A stretch of DNA of 64,000 bases from Blastocystis sp. Blastoise (GCA_039096225.1 JBBPEB010000030.1:1054001-1118000), one strand, 5' to 3'; positions 13,720 through 29,540 are shown, numbered from the stretch's first letter. The notes: generated from the letters alone by a model not told the origin. A program made the numbers and translations.

Positions 13720-13952
13720 TTTTTTTTTATTTTTTATTTATTCTTTATTTTTTTATTTATTATTCTTTTTATTATTAATATTTTTAATTATTTATATATA
13801 ACATTTTATTTATATTATTATTATTATTATTATTATTATAAAAATTATAAAAAAAAATTTTATATTATTTTTTATTATTAAATTTTTGTAAACATATTAT
13901 TTATATTATAAATAATAATAATAAAATAATATTTGATAAAATAAAATAATTT

Positions 13953-14007
<55 letters not shown>

Positions 14008-14402
14008 TGGTTTAGGGTTAGGATTTAAAATGAATATAAAATAATTTAGGGTTTAGGGTTTAGGGTTAGGGTTAGGTTTAATATAAAATAATGGTTTTAG
14101 ATTTAATATAAAAAAATAATAGATTAGGGTTAAATTGAATATTAAAATAATAGATTAGGGTTAATATAAAATAATTTTTAGGTTAGGGTTAGATTTTTAA
14201 TATAAAAATAAATAAATAAATAAAATAAATAAATAAAAAAAAATTTGAATAAATGAATAAAAAGAATAATAATAATAATAAATAGAATAATAAATAGAAT
14301 AATAATAATAAATAGAATAATAGAATATAATAATAATAGAATAATAATAGAATAAAATAATAATAGAATAGAATAATAATAAAATAATAATAAATAAATG
14401 TT

Positions 14403-14521
14403 GAGAACGGCCATATCAAGTGGACAACGCCCTAACCCGTCTGATCTAGGAAGCTAAGCCACTTCGAGCTAGGATAGTAGCGGTGTGGGGGACTCGCCGT
14501 GAAGTCCTAGTGCTGTTTTTT
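14403..14521 (+). rRNA. 5S rRNA copy 11
   Basis: Matches copy 1 except the 3' C reads T. Confidence 0.93.
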
Positions 14522-14750
14522 TTTTTTTTATTTTTTTTTATTTTTCTTTATTTTTTTATTTATTATTCTTTTTATTATTAATATTTTTAATTATTTATAT
14601 ATAACATTTTATTTATATTATTATTATTATTATTATTATTATAAAAATTATAAAAAAAATTTTATATTATTTTTTATTATTAAATTTTTGTAAACATATT
14701 ATTTATATTATAAATAATAATAATAAAATAATATTTGATAAAATAAAATA

Positions 14751-14807
<57 letters not shown>

Positions 14808-15202
14808 TGGTTTAGGGTTAGGATTTAAAATGAATATAAAATAATTTAGGGTTTAGGGTTTAGGGTTAGGGTTAGGTTTAATATAAAATAATGGTTTTAG
14901 ATTTAATATAAAAAAATAATAGATTAGGGTTAAATTGAATATTAAAATAATAGATTAGGGTTAATATAAAATAATTTTTAGGTTAGGGTTAGATTTTTAA
15001 TATAAAAATAAATAAATAAATAAAATAAATAAATAAAAAAAAATTTGAATAAATGAATAAAAAGAATAATAATAATAATAAATAGAATAATAAATAGAAT
15101 AATAATAATAAATAGAATAATAGAATATAATAATAATAGAATAATAATAGAATAAAATAATAATAGAATAGAATAATAATAAAATAATAATAAATAAATC
15201 TT

Positions 15203-15321
15203 GAGAACGGCCATATCAAGTGGACAACGCCCTAACCCGTCTGATCTAGGAAGCTAAGCCACTTCGAGCTAGGATAGTAGCGGTGTGGGGGACTCGCCGT
15301 GAAGTCCTAGTGCTGTTCTTT
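15203..15321 (+). rRNA. 5S rRNA copy 12
   Basis: Matches copy 1. Confidence 0.95.
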
Positions 15322-15550
15322 TTTTTTTATTTTTCTTTATTTTTCTTTATTTTTTTATTTATTATTCTTTTTATTATTAATATTTTTAATTATTTATATA
15401 TAACATTTTATTTATATTATTATTATTATTATTATTATTATAAAAATTATAAAAAAAATTTTATATTATTTTTTATTATTAAATTTTTGTAAACATATTA
15501 TTTATATTATAAATAATAATAATAAAATAATATTTGATAAAATAAAATAA

Positions 15551-15582
<32 letters not shown>

Positions 15583-15976
15583 TAGTGGTTTAGGGTTAGG
15601 ATTTAAAATGAATATAAAATAATTTAGGGTTTAGGAGGGTTAGGGTTAGGTTTAATATAAAATAATGGTTTTAGATTTAATATAAAAAAATAATAGATTA
15701 GGGTTAAATTGAATATTAAAATAATAGATTAGGGTTAATATAAAATAATTTTTAGGTTAGGGTTAGATTTTTAATATAAAAATAAATAAATAAATAAAAT
15801 AAATAAATAAAAAAAAATTTGAATAAATGAATAAAAAGAATAATAATAATAATAAATAGAATAATAAATAGAATAATAATAATAAATAGAATAATAGAAT
15901 ATAATAATAATAGAATAATAATAGAATAAAATAATAATAGAATAGAATAATAATAAAATAATAATAAATAAATGTT

Positions 15977-16095
15977 GAGAACGGCCATATCAAGTGGACA
16001 ACGCCCTAACCCGTCTGATCTAGGAAGCTAAGCCACTTCGAGCTAGGATAGTAGCGGTGTGGGGGACTCGCCGTGAAGTCCTAGTGCTGTTCTTT
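15977..16095 (+). rRNA. 5S rRNA copy 13
   Basis: Matches copy 1. Confidence 0.95.
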
Positions 16096-16325
16096 TTTTT
16101 TTTTTTTTCTTTATTTATTCTTTATTTTTTTATTTATTATTCTTTTTATTATTAATATTTTTAATTATTTATATATAACATTTTATTTATATTATTATTA
16201 TTATTATTATTATTATAAAAATTATAAAAAAAATTTTATATTATTTTTTATTATTAAATTTTTTTAAACATATTATTTATATTATAAATAATAATAATAA
16301 AAAAATATTTGATAAAATAAAATAA

Positions 16326-16378
<53 letters not shown>

Positions 16379-16774
16379 TGGTTTAGGGTTAGGATTTAAA
16401 ATGAATATAAAATAATTTAGGGTTTAGGGTTTAGGGTTAGGGTTAGGTTTAATATAAAATAATGGTTTTAGATTTAATATAAAAAAATAATAGATTAGGG
16501 TTAAATTGAATATTAAAATAATAGATTAGGGTTAATATAAAATAATTTTTAGGTTAGGGTTAGATTTTTAATATAAAAATAAATAAATAAATAAAATAAA
16601 TAAATAAAAAAAAAATTTGAATAAATGAATAAAAAGAATAATAATAATAATAAATAGAATAATAAATAGAATAATAATAATAAATAGAATAATAGAATAT
16701 AATAATAATAGAATAATAATAGAATAAAATAATAATAGAATAGAATAATAATAAAATAATAATAAATAAATGTT

Positions 16775-16893
16775 GAGAACGGCCATATCAAGTGGACAAC
16801 GCCCTAACCCGTCTGATCTAGGAAGCTAAGCCACTTCGAGCTAGGATAGTAGCGGTGTGGGGGACTCGCCGTGAAGTCCTAGTGCTGTTCTTT
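16775..16893 (+). rRNA. 5S rRNA copy 14
   Basis: Matches copy 1. Confidence 0.95.
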
Positions 16894-17127
16894 TTTTTTT
16901 ATTTTTCTTTATTTTTCTTTATTTTTTTATTTATTATTCTTTTTATTATTAATATTTTTAATTATTTATATATAACATTTTATTTATATTATTATTATTA
17001 TTATTATTATTATAAAAATTATAAAAAAAATTTTATATTATTTTTTATTATTAAATTTTTGTAAACATATTATTTATATTATAAATAATAATAATAAAAT
17101 AATAATAATAAAATAATATTTGATAAA

Positions 17128-17174
<47 letters not shown>

Positions 17175-17569
17175 TGGTTTAGGGTTAGGATTTAAAATGA
17201 ATATAAAATAATTTAGGGTTTAGGGTTTAGGGTTAGGGTTAGGTTTAATATAAAATAATGGTTTTAGATTTAATATAAAAAAATAATAGATTAGGGTTAA
17301 ATTGAATATTAAAATAATAGATTAGGGTTAATATAAAATAATTTTTAGGTTAGGGTTAGATTTTTAATATAAAAATAAATAAATAAATAAAATAAATAAA
17401 TAAAAAAAAATTTGAATAAATGAATAAAAAGAATAATAATAATAATAAATAGAATAATAAATAGAATAATAATAATAAATAGAATAATAGAATATAATAA
17501 TAATAGAATAATAATAGAATAAAATAATAATAGAATAGAATAATAATAAAATAATAATAAATAAATCTT

Positions 17570-17688
17570 GAGAACGGCCATATCAAGTGGACAACGCCCT
17601 AACCCGTCTGATCTAGGAAGCTAAGCCACTTCGAGCTAGGATAGTAGCGGTGTGGGGGACTCGCCGTGAAGTCCTAGTGCTGTTCTTT
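17570..17688 (+). rRNA. 5S rRNA copy 15
   Basis: Matches copy 1. Confidence 0.95.
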
Positions 17689-17922
17689 TTTTTTTTTTTT
17701 TTTATTTATTATTTATTTTTTTATTTATTATTCTTTTTATTATTAATATTTTTAATTATTTATATATAACATTTTATTTATATTATTATTATTATTATTA
17801 TTATTATAAAAATTATAAAAAAAATTTTATATTATTTTTTATTATTAAATTTTTGTAAACATATTATTTATATTATAAATAATAATAATAAAATAATATT
17901 TGATAAAATAAAATAATTTTAA

Positions 17923-17974
<52 letters not shown>

Positions 17975-18369
17975 TGGTTTAGGGTTAGGATTTAAAATGA
18001 ATATAAAATAATTTAGGGTTTAGGGTTTAGGGTTAGGGTTAGGTTTAATATAAAATAATGGTTTTAGATTTAATATAAAAAAATAATAGATTAGGGTTAA
18101 ATTGAATATTAAAATAATAGATTAGGGTTAATATAAAATAATTTTTAGGTTAGGGTTAGATTTTTAATATAAAAATAAATAAATAAATAAAATAAATAAA
18201 TAAAAAAAAATTTGAATAAATGAATAAAAAGAATAATAATAATAATAAATAGAATAATAAATAGAATAATAATAATAAATAGAATAATAGAATATAATAA
18301 TAATAGAATAATAATAGAATAAAATAATAATAGAATAGAATAATAATAAAATAATAATAAATAAATCTT

Positions 18370-18488
18370 GAGAACGGCCATATCAAGTGGACAACGCCCT
18401 AACCCGTCTGATCTAGGAAGCTAAGCCACTTCGAGCTAGGATAGTAGCGGTGTGGGGGACTCGCCGTGAAGTCCTAGTGCTGTTCTTT
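18370..18488 (+). rRNA. 5S rRNA copy 16
   Basis: Matches copy 1. Confidence 0.95.
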
Positions 18489-18717
18489 TTTTTTTATTTT
18501 TTTTATTTATTATTTATTTTTTTATTTATTATTCTTTTTATTATTAATATTTTTAATTATTTATATATAACATTTTATTTATATTATTATTATTATTATT
18601 ATTATTATAAAAATTATAAAAAAAAATTTTATATTATTTTTTATTATTAAATTTTTGTAAACATATTATTTATATTATAAATAATAATAATAAAATAATA
18701 TTTGATAAAATAAAATA

Positions 18718-18772
<55 letters not shown>

Positions 18773-19167
18773 TGGTTTAGGGTTAGGATTTAAAATGAAT
18801 ATAAAATAATTTAGGGTTTAGGGTTTAGGGTTAGGGTTAGGTTTAATATAAAATAATGGTTTTAGATTTAATATAAAAAAATAATAGATTAGGGTTAAAT
18901 TGAATATTAAAATAATAGATTAGGGTTAATATAAAATAATTTTTAGGTTAGGGTTAGATTTTTAATATAAAAATAAATAAATAAATAAAATAAATAAATA
19001 AAAAAAAATTTGAATAAATGAATAAAAAGAATAATAATAATAATAAATAGAATAATAAATAGAATAATAATAATAAATAGAATAATAGAATATAATAATA
19101 ATAGAATAATAATAGAATAAAATAATAATAGAATAGAATAATAATAAAATAATAATAAATAAATCTT

Positions 19168-19286
19168 GAGAACGGCCATATCAAGTGGACAACGCCCTAA
19201 CCCGTCTGATCTAGGAAGCTAAGCCACTTCGAGCTAGGATAGTAGCGGTGTGGGGGACTCGCCGTGAAGTCCTAGTGCTGTTCTTT
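19168..19286 (+). rRNA. 5S rRNA copy 17
   Basis: Matches copy 1. Confidence 0.95.
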
Positions 19287-19516
19287 TTTTTTTTATTTTT
19301 ATTTATTTTATTTATTTTTTTATTTATTATTCTTTTTATTATTAATATTTTTAATTATTTATATATAACATTTTATTTATATTATTATTATTATTATTAT
19401 TATTATAAAAATTATAAAAAAAAATTTTATATTATTTTTTATTATTAAATTTTTGTAAACATATTATTTATATTATAAATAATAATAATAAAATAATATT
19501 TGATAAAATAAAATAA

Positions 19517-19566
<50 letters not shown>

Positions 19567-19961
19567 TGGTTTAGGGTTAGGATTTAAAATGAATATAAAA
19601 TAATTTAGGGTTTAGGGTTTAGGGTTAGGGTTAGGTTTAATATAAAATAATGGTTTTAGATTTAATATAAAAAAATAATAGATTAGGGTTAAATTGAATA
19701 TTAAAATAATAGATTAGGGTTAATATAAAATAATTTTTAGGTTAGGGTTAGATTTTTAATATAAAAATAAATAAATAAATAAAATAAATAAATAAAAAAA
19801 AATTTGAATAAATGAATAAAAAGAATAATAATAATAATAAATAGAATAATAAATAGAATAATAATAATAAATAGAATAATAGAATATAATAATAATAGAA
19901 TAATAATAGAATAAAATAATAATAGAATAGAATAATAATAAAATAATAATAAATAAATCTT

Positions 19962-20080
19962 GAGAACGGCCATATCAAGTGGACAACGCCCTAACCCGTC
20001 TGATCTAGGAAGCTAAGCCACTTCGAGCTAGGATAGTAGCGGTGTGGGGGACTCGCCGTGAAGTCCTAGTGCTGTTCTTT
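19962..20080 (+). rRNA. 5S rRNA copy 18
   Basis: Matches copy 1. Confidence 0.95.
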
Positions 20081-20317
20081 TTTTTTTATTTTTTTTTATT
20101 TATTATTTATTTTTTTATTTATTATTTTTTTTATTATTAATATTTTTAATTATTTATATATAACATTTTATTTATATTATTATTATTTTTATTATTATTA
20201 TTATAAAAATTATAAAAAAAAATTTTATATTATTTTTTATTATTAAATTTTTGTAAACATATTATTTATATTATAAATAATAATAATAAAATAATATTTG
20301 ATAAAATAAAATAATTT

Positions 20318-20366
<49 letters not shown>

Positions 20367-20763
20367 TGGTTTAGGGTTAGGATTTAAAATGAATATAAAA
20401 TAATTTAGGGTTTAGGGTTTAGGGTTAGGGTTAGGTTTAATATAAAATAATGGTTTTAGATTTAATATAAAAAAATAATAGATTAGGGTTAAATTGAATA
20501 TTAAAATAATAGATTAGGGTTAATATAAAATAATTTTTAGGTTAGGGTTAGATTTTTAATATAAAAATAAATAAATAAATAAAATAAATAAAATAAAAAA
20601 AAAATTTGAATAAATGAATAAAAAGAATAATAATAATAATAAATAGAATAATAAATAGAATAATAATAATAAATAGAATAATAGAATATAATAATAATAG
20701 AATAATAATAGAATAAAATAATAATAGAATAGAATAATAATAAAATAATAATAAATAAATCTT

Positions 20764-20882
20764 GAGAACGGCCATATCAAGTGGACAACGCCCTAACCCG
20801 TCTGATCTAGGAAGCTAAGCCACTTCGAGCTAGGATAGTAGCGGTGTGGGGGACTCGCCGTGAAGTCCTAGTGCTGTTCTTT
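20764..20882 (+). rRNA. 5S rRNA copy 19
   Basis: Matches copy 1. Confidence 0.95.
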
Positions 20883-21114
20883 TTTTTTTTTTATTTTTAT
20901 TTATTTTATTTATTTTTTTATTTATTATTCTTTTTATTATTAATATTTTTAATTATTTATATATAACATTTTATTTTTATTATTATTTTTATTATTATTA
21001 TTATAAAAATTATAAAAAAAAATTTTATATTATTTTTTATTATTAAATTTTTGTAAACATATTATTTATATTATAAATAATAATAATAAAATAATATTTG
21101 ATAAAATAAAATAA

Positions 21115-21166
<52 letters not shown>

Positions 21167-21564
21167 TGGTTTAGGGTTAGGATTTAAAATGAATATAAAA
21201 TAATTTAGGGTTTAGGGTTTAGGGTTAGGGTTAGGTTTAATATAAAATAATGGTTTTAGATTTAATATAAAAAAATAATAGATTAGGGTTAAATTGAATA
21301 TTAAAATAATAGATTAGGGTTAATATAAAATAATTTTTAGGTTAGGGTTAGATTTTTAATATAAAAATAAATAAATAAATAAAATAAATAAAAATAAAAA
21401 AAAAATTTGAATAAATGAATAAAAAGAATAATAATAATAATAAATAGAATAATAAATAGAATAATAATAATAAATAGAATAATAGAATATAATAATAATA
21501 GAATAATAATAGAATAAAATAATAATAGAATAGAATAATAATAAAATAATAATAAATAAATCTT

Positions 21565-21683
21565 GAGAACGGCCATATCAAGTGGACAACGCCCTAACCC
21601 GTCTGATCTAGGAAGCTAAGCCACTTCGAGCTAGGATAGTAGCGGTGTGGGGGACTCGCCGTGAAGTCCTAGTGCTGTTCTTT
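21565..21683 (+). rRNA. 5S rRNA copy 20
   Basis: Matches copy 1. Confidence 0.95.
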
Positions 21684-21909
21684 TTTTTTTATTTTTTATT
21701 TATTTATTATTTATTTGTATTTATTATTCTTTTTATTATTAATATTTTTAATTATTTATATATAACATTTTATTTATATTATTATTATTATTATTATTAT
21801 AAAAATTATAAAAAAAAATTTATATTATTTTTTATTATTAAATTTTTGTAAACATATTATTTATATTATAAATAATAATAATAAAATAATATTTGATAAA
21901 ATAAAATAA

Positions 21910-21964
<55 letters not shown>

Positions 21965-22366
21965 TGGTTTAGGGTTAGTATTTAAAATGAATATAAAATA
22001 ATTTAGGGTTTAGGTTTTAGGGTTAGGGTTAGGTTTAATATAAAATAATGGTTTTAGATTTAATATAAAAAAATAATAGATTAGGGTTAAATTGAATATT
22101 AAAATAATAGATTAGGGTTAATATAAAATAATTTTTAGGTTAGGGTTAGATTTTTAATATAAAAATAAATAAATAAATAAAATAAATAAAAAAATAAAAA
22201 AAAAATTTGAATAAATGAATAAAAAGAATAATAATAATAATAAATAGAATAATAAAATAGAATAATAATAATAGAATAGAATAATAGAATATAATAATAA
22301 TAGAATAATAATAGAATAAAATAATAATAGAATAGAATAATAATAGAATAATAATAAATATATCTT

Positions 22367-22485
22367 GAGAACGGCCATATCAAGTGGACAACGCCCTAAC
22401 CCGTCTGATCTAGGAAGCTAAGCCACTTCGAGCTAGGATAGTAGCGGTGTGGGGGACTCGCCGTGAAGTCCTAGTGCTGTTCTTT
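22367..22485 (+). rRNA. 5S rRNA copy 21
   Basis: Matches copy 1. Confidence 0.95.
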
Positions 22486-22570
22486 TTTTTTTTTTTTTTA
22501 TTTATTATTTATTTTTTTATTTATTATTCTTTTTATTATTAATATTTTTAATTATTTATATATAACATTT

Positions 22571-22609
<39 letters not shown>

Positions 22610-22725
22610 AAAATTATAAAAAAAATTTTATATTATTTTTTATTATTAAATTTTTGTAAACATATTATTTATATTATAAATAATAATAATAAAATAATAT
22701 TTGATAAAATAAAATAATATTTGAT

Positions 22726-22773
<48 letters not shown>

Positions 22774-23177
22774 TGGTTTAGGGTTAGGATTTAAAATGAA
22801 TATAAAATAATTTAGGGTTTAGGGTTTAGGGTTAGGGTTAGGTTTAATATAAAATAATGGTTTTAGATTTAATATAAAAAAATAATAGATTAGGGTTAAA
22901 TTGAATATTAAAATAATAGATTAGGGTTAATATAAAATAATTTTTAGGTTAGGGTTAGATTTTTAATATAAAAATAAATAAATAAATAAAATAAATAAAA
23001 AAATAAATAAAAAAATTTGAATAAATGAATAAAAAGAATAATAATAATAATAAATAGAATAATAATAATAGAATAATAATAATAGAATAGAATAATAGAA
23101 TAGAATAATAATAGAATAATAATAGAATAAAATAATAATAGAATAGAATAATAATAGAATAATAATAAATATATCTT

Positions 23178-23296
23178 GAGAACGGCCATATCAAGTGGAC
23201 AACGCCCTAACCCGTCTGATCTAGGAAGCTAAGCCACTTCGAGCTAGGATAGTAGCGGTGTGGGGGACTCGCCGTGAAGTCCTAGTGCTGTTCTTT
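23178..23296 (+). rRNA. 5S rRNA copy 22
   Basis: Matches copy 1. Confidence 0.95.
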
Positions 23297-23388
23297 TTTT
23301 TTTTTTTTATTTATTTGTATTTATTTTTTTATTTATTATTCTTTTTATTATTAATATTTTTAATTATTTATATATAACATTTTATTTA

Positions 23389-23422
<34 letters not shown>

Positions 23423-23553
23423 AAAATTATAAAAAAAAATTTTATATTATTTTTTATTATTAAATTTTTGTAAACATATTATTTATATTATAAATAATAA
23501 TAATAAAATAATATTTGATAATAATAAAATAATATTTGATAAAATATAAATAA

Positions 23554-23585
<32 letters not shown>

Positions 23586-23985
23586 AGTGGTTTAGGGTTA
23601 GGATTTAAAATGAATATAAAATAATTTAGGGTTTTAGGTTTAGGGTTAGGTTTAATATAAAATAATGGTTTTAGATTTAATATAAAAAAATAATAGATTA
23701 GTGTTAAATTGAATATTAAAATAATAGATTAGGGTTAATATAAAATAATTTTTAGGTTAGGGTTAGATTTTTAATATAAAAATAAATAAATAAATAAAAT
23801 AAATAAAAAAATAAATAAAAAAATTTGAATAAATGAATAAAAAGAATAATAATAATAATAAATAGAATAATAATAATAGAATAAGAATAATAATTAGAAT
23901 AATAGAAATAATAGAATAGAATAATAATAATAAATAGAATAATAAATAGAATAGAATAATAATAGAATAATAATAAATATATCTT

Positions 23986-24104
23986 GAGAACGGCCATATC
24001 AAGTGGACAACGCCCTAACCCGTCTGATCTAGGAAGCTAAGCCACTTCGAGCTAGGATAGTAGCGGTGTGGGGGACTCGCCGTGAAGTCCTAGTGCTGTT
24101 CTTT
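23986..24104 (+). rRNA. 5S rRNA copy 23
   Basis: Matches copy 1. Confidence 0.95.
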
Positions 24105-24198
24105 TTTTTTTTATTTTTATTTATTTGTATTTATTTTTTTATTTATTATTCTTTTTATTATTAATATTTTTAATTATTTATATATAACATTTTATTTA

Positions 24199-24229
<31 letters not shown>

Positions 24230-24337
24230 AAAATTATAAAAAAATTTTTATATTATTTTTTATTATTAAATTTTTGTAAACATATTATTTATATTATAAA
24301 TAATAATAATAAAATAATAATAATAAAATAATATTTG

Positions 24338-24394
<57 letters not shown>

Positions 24395-24789
24395 TGGTTT
24401 AGGGTTAGGATTTAAAATGAATATAAAATAATTTAGGGTTTTAGGTTTAGGGTTAGGTTTAATATAAAATAATGGTTTTAGATTTAATATAAAAAAATAA
24501 TAGATTAGTGTTAAATTGAATATTAAAATAATAGATTAGGGTTAATATAAAATAATTTTTAGGTTAGGGTTAGATTTTTAATATAAAAATAAATAAATAA
24601 ATAAAATAAATAAAAAAATAAATAAAAAAATTTGAATAAATGAATAAAAAGAATAATAATAATAATAAATAGAATAATAATAATAAATAGAATAATATTA
24701 GAATAGAATAATAGAATAGAATAATAATAATAAATAGAATAAAATAATAATAGAATAGAATAATAATAGAATAATAATAAATATATCTT

Positions 24790-24908
24790 GAGAACGGCCA
24801 TATCAAGTGGACAACGCCCTAACCCGTCTGATCTAGGAAGCTAAGCCACTTCGAGCTAGGATAGTAGCGGTGTGGGGGACTCGCCGTGAAGTCCTAGTGC
24901 TGTTCTTT
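24790..24908 (+). rRNA. 5S rRNA copy 24
   Basis: Matches copy 1. Confidence 0.95.
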
Positions 24909-24999
24909 TTTTTTTTTATTTTTATTTATTTGTATTTATTTTTTTATTTATTATTCTTTTTATTATTAATATTTTTAATTATTTATATATAACATTTTA

Positions 25000-25033
<34 letters not shown>

Positions 25034-25142
25034 AAAATTATAAAAAAAATTTTTATATTATTTTTTATTATTAAATTTTTGTAAACATATTATTTATATT
25101 ATAAATAATAATAATAAAATAATAATAATAAAATAATATTTG

Positions 25143-25195
<53 letters not shown>

Positions 25196-25588
25196 TGGTT
25201 TAGGGTTAGGATTTAAAATGAATATAAAATAATTTAGGGTTTTAGGTTCAGGGTTAGGTTTAATATAAAATAATGGTTTTAGATTTAATATAAAAAATAA
25301 TAGATTAGTGTTAAATTGAATATTAAAATAATAGATTAGGGTTAATATAAAATAATTTTTAGGTTAGGGTTAGATTTTTAATATAAAAATAAATAAATAA
25401 ATAAAATAAATAAAAAAATAAATAAAAAAATTTGAATAAATGAATAAAAAGAATAATAATAATAATAAATAGAATAATAATAATAAATAGAATAATATTA
25501 GAATAGAATAATAGAATAGAATAATAATAATAAATAGAATAAAATATAATAGAATAGAATAATAATAGAATAATAATAAATATATCTT

Positions 25589-25707
25589 GAGAACGGCCAT
25601 ATCAAGTGGACAACGCCCTAACCCGTCTGATCTAGGAAGCTAAGCCACTTCGAGCTAGGATAGTAGCGGTGTGGGGGACTCGCCGTGAAGTCCTAGTGCT
25701 GTTCTTT
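25589..25707 (+). rRNA. 5S rRNA copy 25
   Basis: Matches copy 1. Confidence 0.95.
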
Positions 25708-25800
25708 TTTTTTTATTTTTATTTATTTGTATTTATTTTTTTATTTATTATTCTTTTTATTATTAATATTTTTAATTATTTATATATAACATTTTATTTA

Positions 25801-25831
<31 letters not shown>

Positions 25832-25954
25832 AAAATTATAAAAAAATTTTTATATTATTTTTTATTATTAAATTTTTGTAAACATATTATTTATATTATA
25901 AATAATAATAATAAAATAATAATAATAAAATAATATTTGATAAAATAAAATATA

Positions 25955-25986
<32 letters not shown>

Positions 25987-26381
25987 AGTGGTTTAGGGTT
26001 AGGATTTAAAATGAATATAAAATAATTTAGGGTTTTAGGTTTAGGGTTAGGTTTAATATAAAATAATGGTTTTAGATTTAATATAAAAAATAATAGATTA
26101 GTGTTAAATTGAATATTAAAATAATAGATTAGGGTTAATATAAAATAATTTTTAGGTTAGGGTTAGATTTTTAATATAAAAATAAATAAATAAATAAAAT
26201 AAATAAAAAAATAAATAAAAAAATTTGAATAAATGAATAAAAAGAATAATAATAATAATAAATAGAATAATAATAATAAATAGAATAATATTAGAATAGA
26301 ATAATAGAATAGAATAATAATAATAAATAGAATAAAATAAAATAGAATAGAATAATAATAGAATAATAATAAATATATCTT

Positions 26382-26500
26382 GAGAACGGCCATATCAAGT
26401 GGACAACGCCCTAACCCGTCTGATCTAGGAAGCTAAGCCACTTCGAGCTAGGATAGTAGCGGTGTGGGGGACTCGCCGTGAAGTCCTAGTGCTGTTCTTT
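26382..26500 (+). rRNA. 5S rRNA copy 26
   Basis: Matches copy 1. Confidence 0.95.
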
Positions 26501-26596
26501 TTTTTTTATTTTTATTTATTTGTATTTATTTTTTTATTTATTATTCTTTTTATTATTAATATTTTTAATTATTTATATATAACATTTTTTTATTTA

Positions 26597-26627
<31 letters not shown>

Positions 26628-26751
26628 AAAATTATAAAAAAAATTTTTATATTATTTTTTATTATTAAATTTTTGTAAACATATTATTTATATTATAAAT
26701 AATAATAATAAAATAATAATAATAAAATAATATTTGATAAAATAAAATATA

Positions 26752-26783
<32 letters not shown>

Positions 26784-27175
26784 AGTGGTTTAGGGTTAGG
26801 ATTTAAAATGAATATAAAATAATTTAGGGTTTTAGGTTTAGGGTTAGGTTTAATATAAAATAATGGTTTTAGATTTAATATAAAAAATAATAGATTAGTG
26901 TTAAATTGAATATTAAAATAATAGATTAGGGTTAATATAAAATAATTTTTAGGTTAGGGTTAGATTTTTAATATAAAAATAAATAAATAAATAAAATAAA
27001 TAAAAAAATAAATAAAAAAATTTGAATAAATGAATAAAAAGAATAATAATAATAATAAATAGAATAATAATAATAAATAGAATAATATTAGAATAGAATA
27101 ATAGAATAGAATAATAATAATAAATAGAATAATAAATAGAATAGAATAATAATAGAATAATAATAAATATATCTT

Positions 27176-27294
27176 GAGAACGGCCATATCAAGTGGACAA
27201 CGCCCTAACCCGTCTGATCTAGGAAGCTAAGCCACTTCGAGCTAGGATAGTAGCGGTGTGGGGGACTCGCCGTGAAGTCCTAGTGCTGTTCTTT
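27176..27294 (+). rRNA. 5S rRNA copy 27
   Basis: Matches copy 1. Confidence 0.95.
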
Positions 27295-27387
27295 TTTTTT
27301 TATTTTTATTTATTTGTATTTATTTTTTTATTTATTATTCTTTTTATTATTAATATTTTTAATTATTTATATATAACATTTTATTTA

Positions 27388-27421
<34 letters not shown>

Positions 27422-27966
27422 AAAATTATAAAAAAATTTTTATATTATTTTTTATTATTAAATTTTTGTAAACATATTATTTATATTATAAATAATAATA
27501 ATAAAATAATAATAATAAAATAATATTTGATAAAATAAAATAATTTTAATTATATATATATATATATATATATTAGTGGTTTAGGGTTAGGATTTAAAAT
27601 GAATATAAAATAATTTAGGGTTTTAGGTTTAGGGTTAGGTTTAATATAAAATAATGGTTTTAGATTTAATATAAAAAATAATAGATTAGTGTTAAATTGA
27701 ATATTAAAATAATAGATTAGGGTTAATATAAAATAATTTTTAGGTTAGGGTTAGATTTTTAATATAAAAATAAATAAATAAATAAAATAAATAAAAAAAT
27801 AAATAAAAAAATTTGAATAAATGAATAAAAAGAATAATAATAATAATAAATAGAATAATAATAATAAATAGAATAATATTAGAATAGAATAATAGAATAG
27901 AATAATAATAATAAATAGAATAATAAATAGAATAGAATAATAATAGAATAATAATAAATATATCTT

Positions 27967-28085
27967 GAGAACGGCCATATCAAGTGGACAACGCCCTAAC
28001 CCGTCTGATCTAGGAAGCTAAGCCACTTCGAGCTAGGATAGTAGCGGTGTGGGGGACTCGCCGTGAAGTCCTAGTGCTGTTCTTT
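27967..28085 (+). rRNA. 5S rRNA copy 28
   Basis: Matches copy 1. Confidence 0.95.
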
Positions 28086-28178
28086 TTTTTTTATTTTTAT
28101 TTATTTGTATTTATTTTTTTATTTATTATTCTTTTTATTATTAATATTTTTAATTATTTATATATAACATTTTATTTA

Positions 28179-28209
<31 letters not shown>

Positions 28210-28752
28210 AAAATTATAAAAAAATTTTTATATTATTTTTTATTATTAAATTTTTGTAAACATATTATTTATATTATAAATAATAATAATAAAATAATAA
28301 TAATAAAATAATATTTGATAAAATAAAATAATTTTAATTATATATATATATATATATATTAGTGGTTTAGGGTTAGGATTTAAAATGAATATAAAATAAT
28401 TTAGGGTTTTAGGTTTAGGGTTAGGTTTAATATAAAATAATGGTTTTAGATTTAATATAAAAAATAATAGATTAGTGTTAAATTGAATATTAAAATAATA
28501 GATTAGGGTTAATATAAAATAATTTTTAGGTTAGGGTTAGATTTTTAATATAAAAATAAATAAATAAATAAAATAAATAAAAAAATAAATAAAAAAATTT
28601 GAATAAATGAATAAAAAGAATAATAATAATAATAAATAGAATAATAATAATAAATAGAATAATATTAGAATAGAATAATAGAATAGAATAATAATAATAA
28701 ATAGAATAATAAATAGAATAGAATAATAATAGAATAATAATAAATATATCTT

Positions 28753-28871
28753 GAGAACGGCCATATCAAGTGGACAACGCCCTAACCCGTCTGATCTAGG
28801 AAGCTAAGCCACTTCGAGCTAGGATAGTAGCGGTGTGGGGGACTCGCCGTGAAGTCCTAGTGCTGTTCTTT
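28753..28871 (+). rRNA. 5S rRNA copy 29
   Basis: Matches copy 1. Confidence 0.95.
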
Positions 28872-28956
28872 TTTTTTTATTTTTATTTATTTGTATTTAT
28901 TTTTTTATTTATTATTCTTTTTATTATTAATATTTTTAATTATTTATATATAACAT

Positions 28957-28996
<40 letters not shown>

Positions 28997-29540
28997 AAAA
29001 TTATAAAAAAATTTTTATATTATTTTTTATTATTAAATTTTTGTAAACATATTATTTATATTATAAATAATAATAATAAAATAATAATAATAAAATAATA
29101 TTTGATAAAATAAAATAATTTTAATATATATATATATATATATATATTAGTGGTTTAGGGTTAGGATTTAAAATGAATATAAAATAATTTAGGGTTTTAG
29201 GTTTAGGGTTAGGTTTAATATAAAATAATGGTTTTAGATTTAATATAAAAAATAATAGATTAGTGTTAAATTGAATATTAAAATAATAGATTAGGGTTAA
29301 TATAAAATAATTTTTAGGTTAGGGTTAGATTTTTAATATAAAAATAAATAAATAAATAAAATAAATAAAAAAATAAATAAAAAAATTTGAATAAATGAAT
29401 AAAAAGAATAATAATAATAATAAATAGAATAATAATAATAAATAGAATAATATTAGAATAGAATAATAGAATAGAATAATAATAATAAATAGAATAATAA
29501 ATAGAATAGAATAATAATAGAATAATAATAAATATATCTT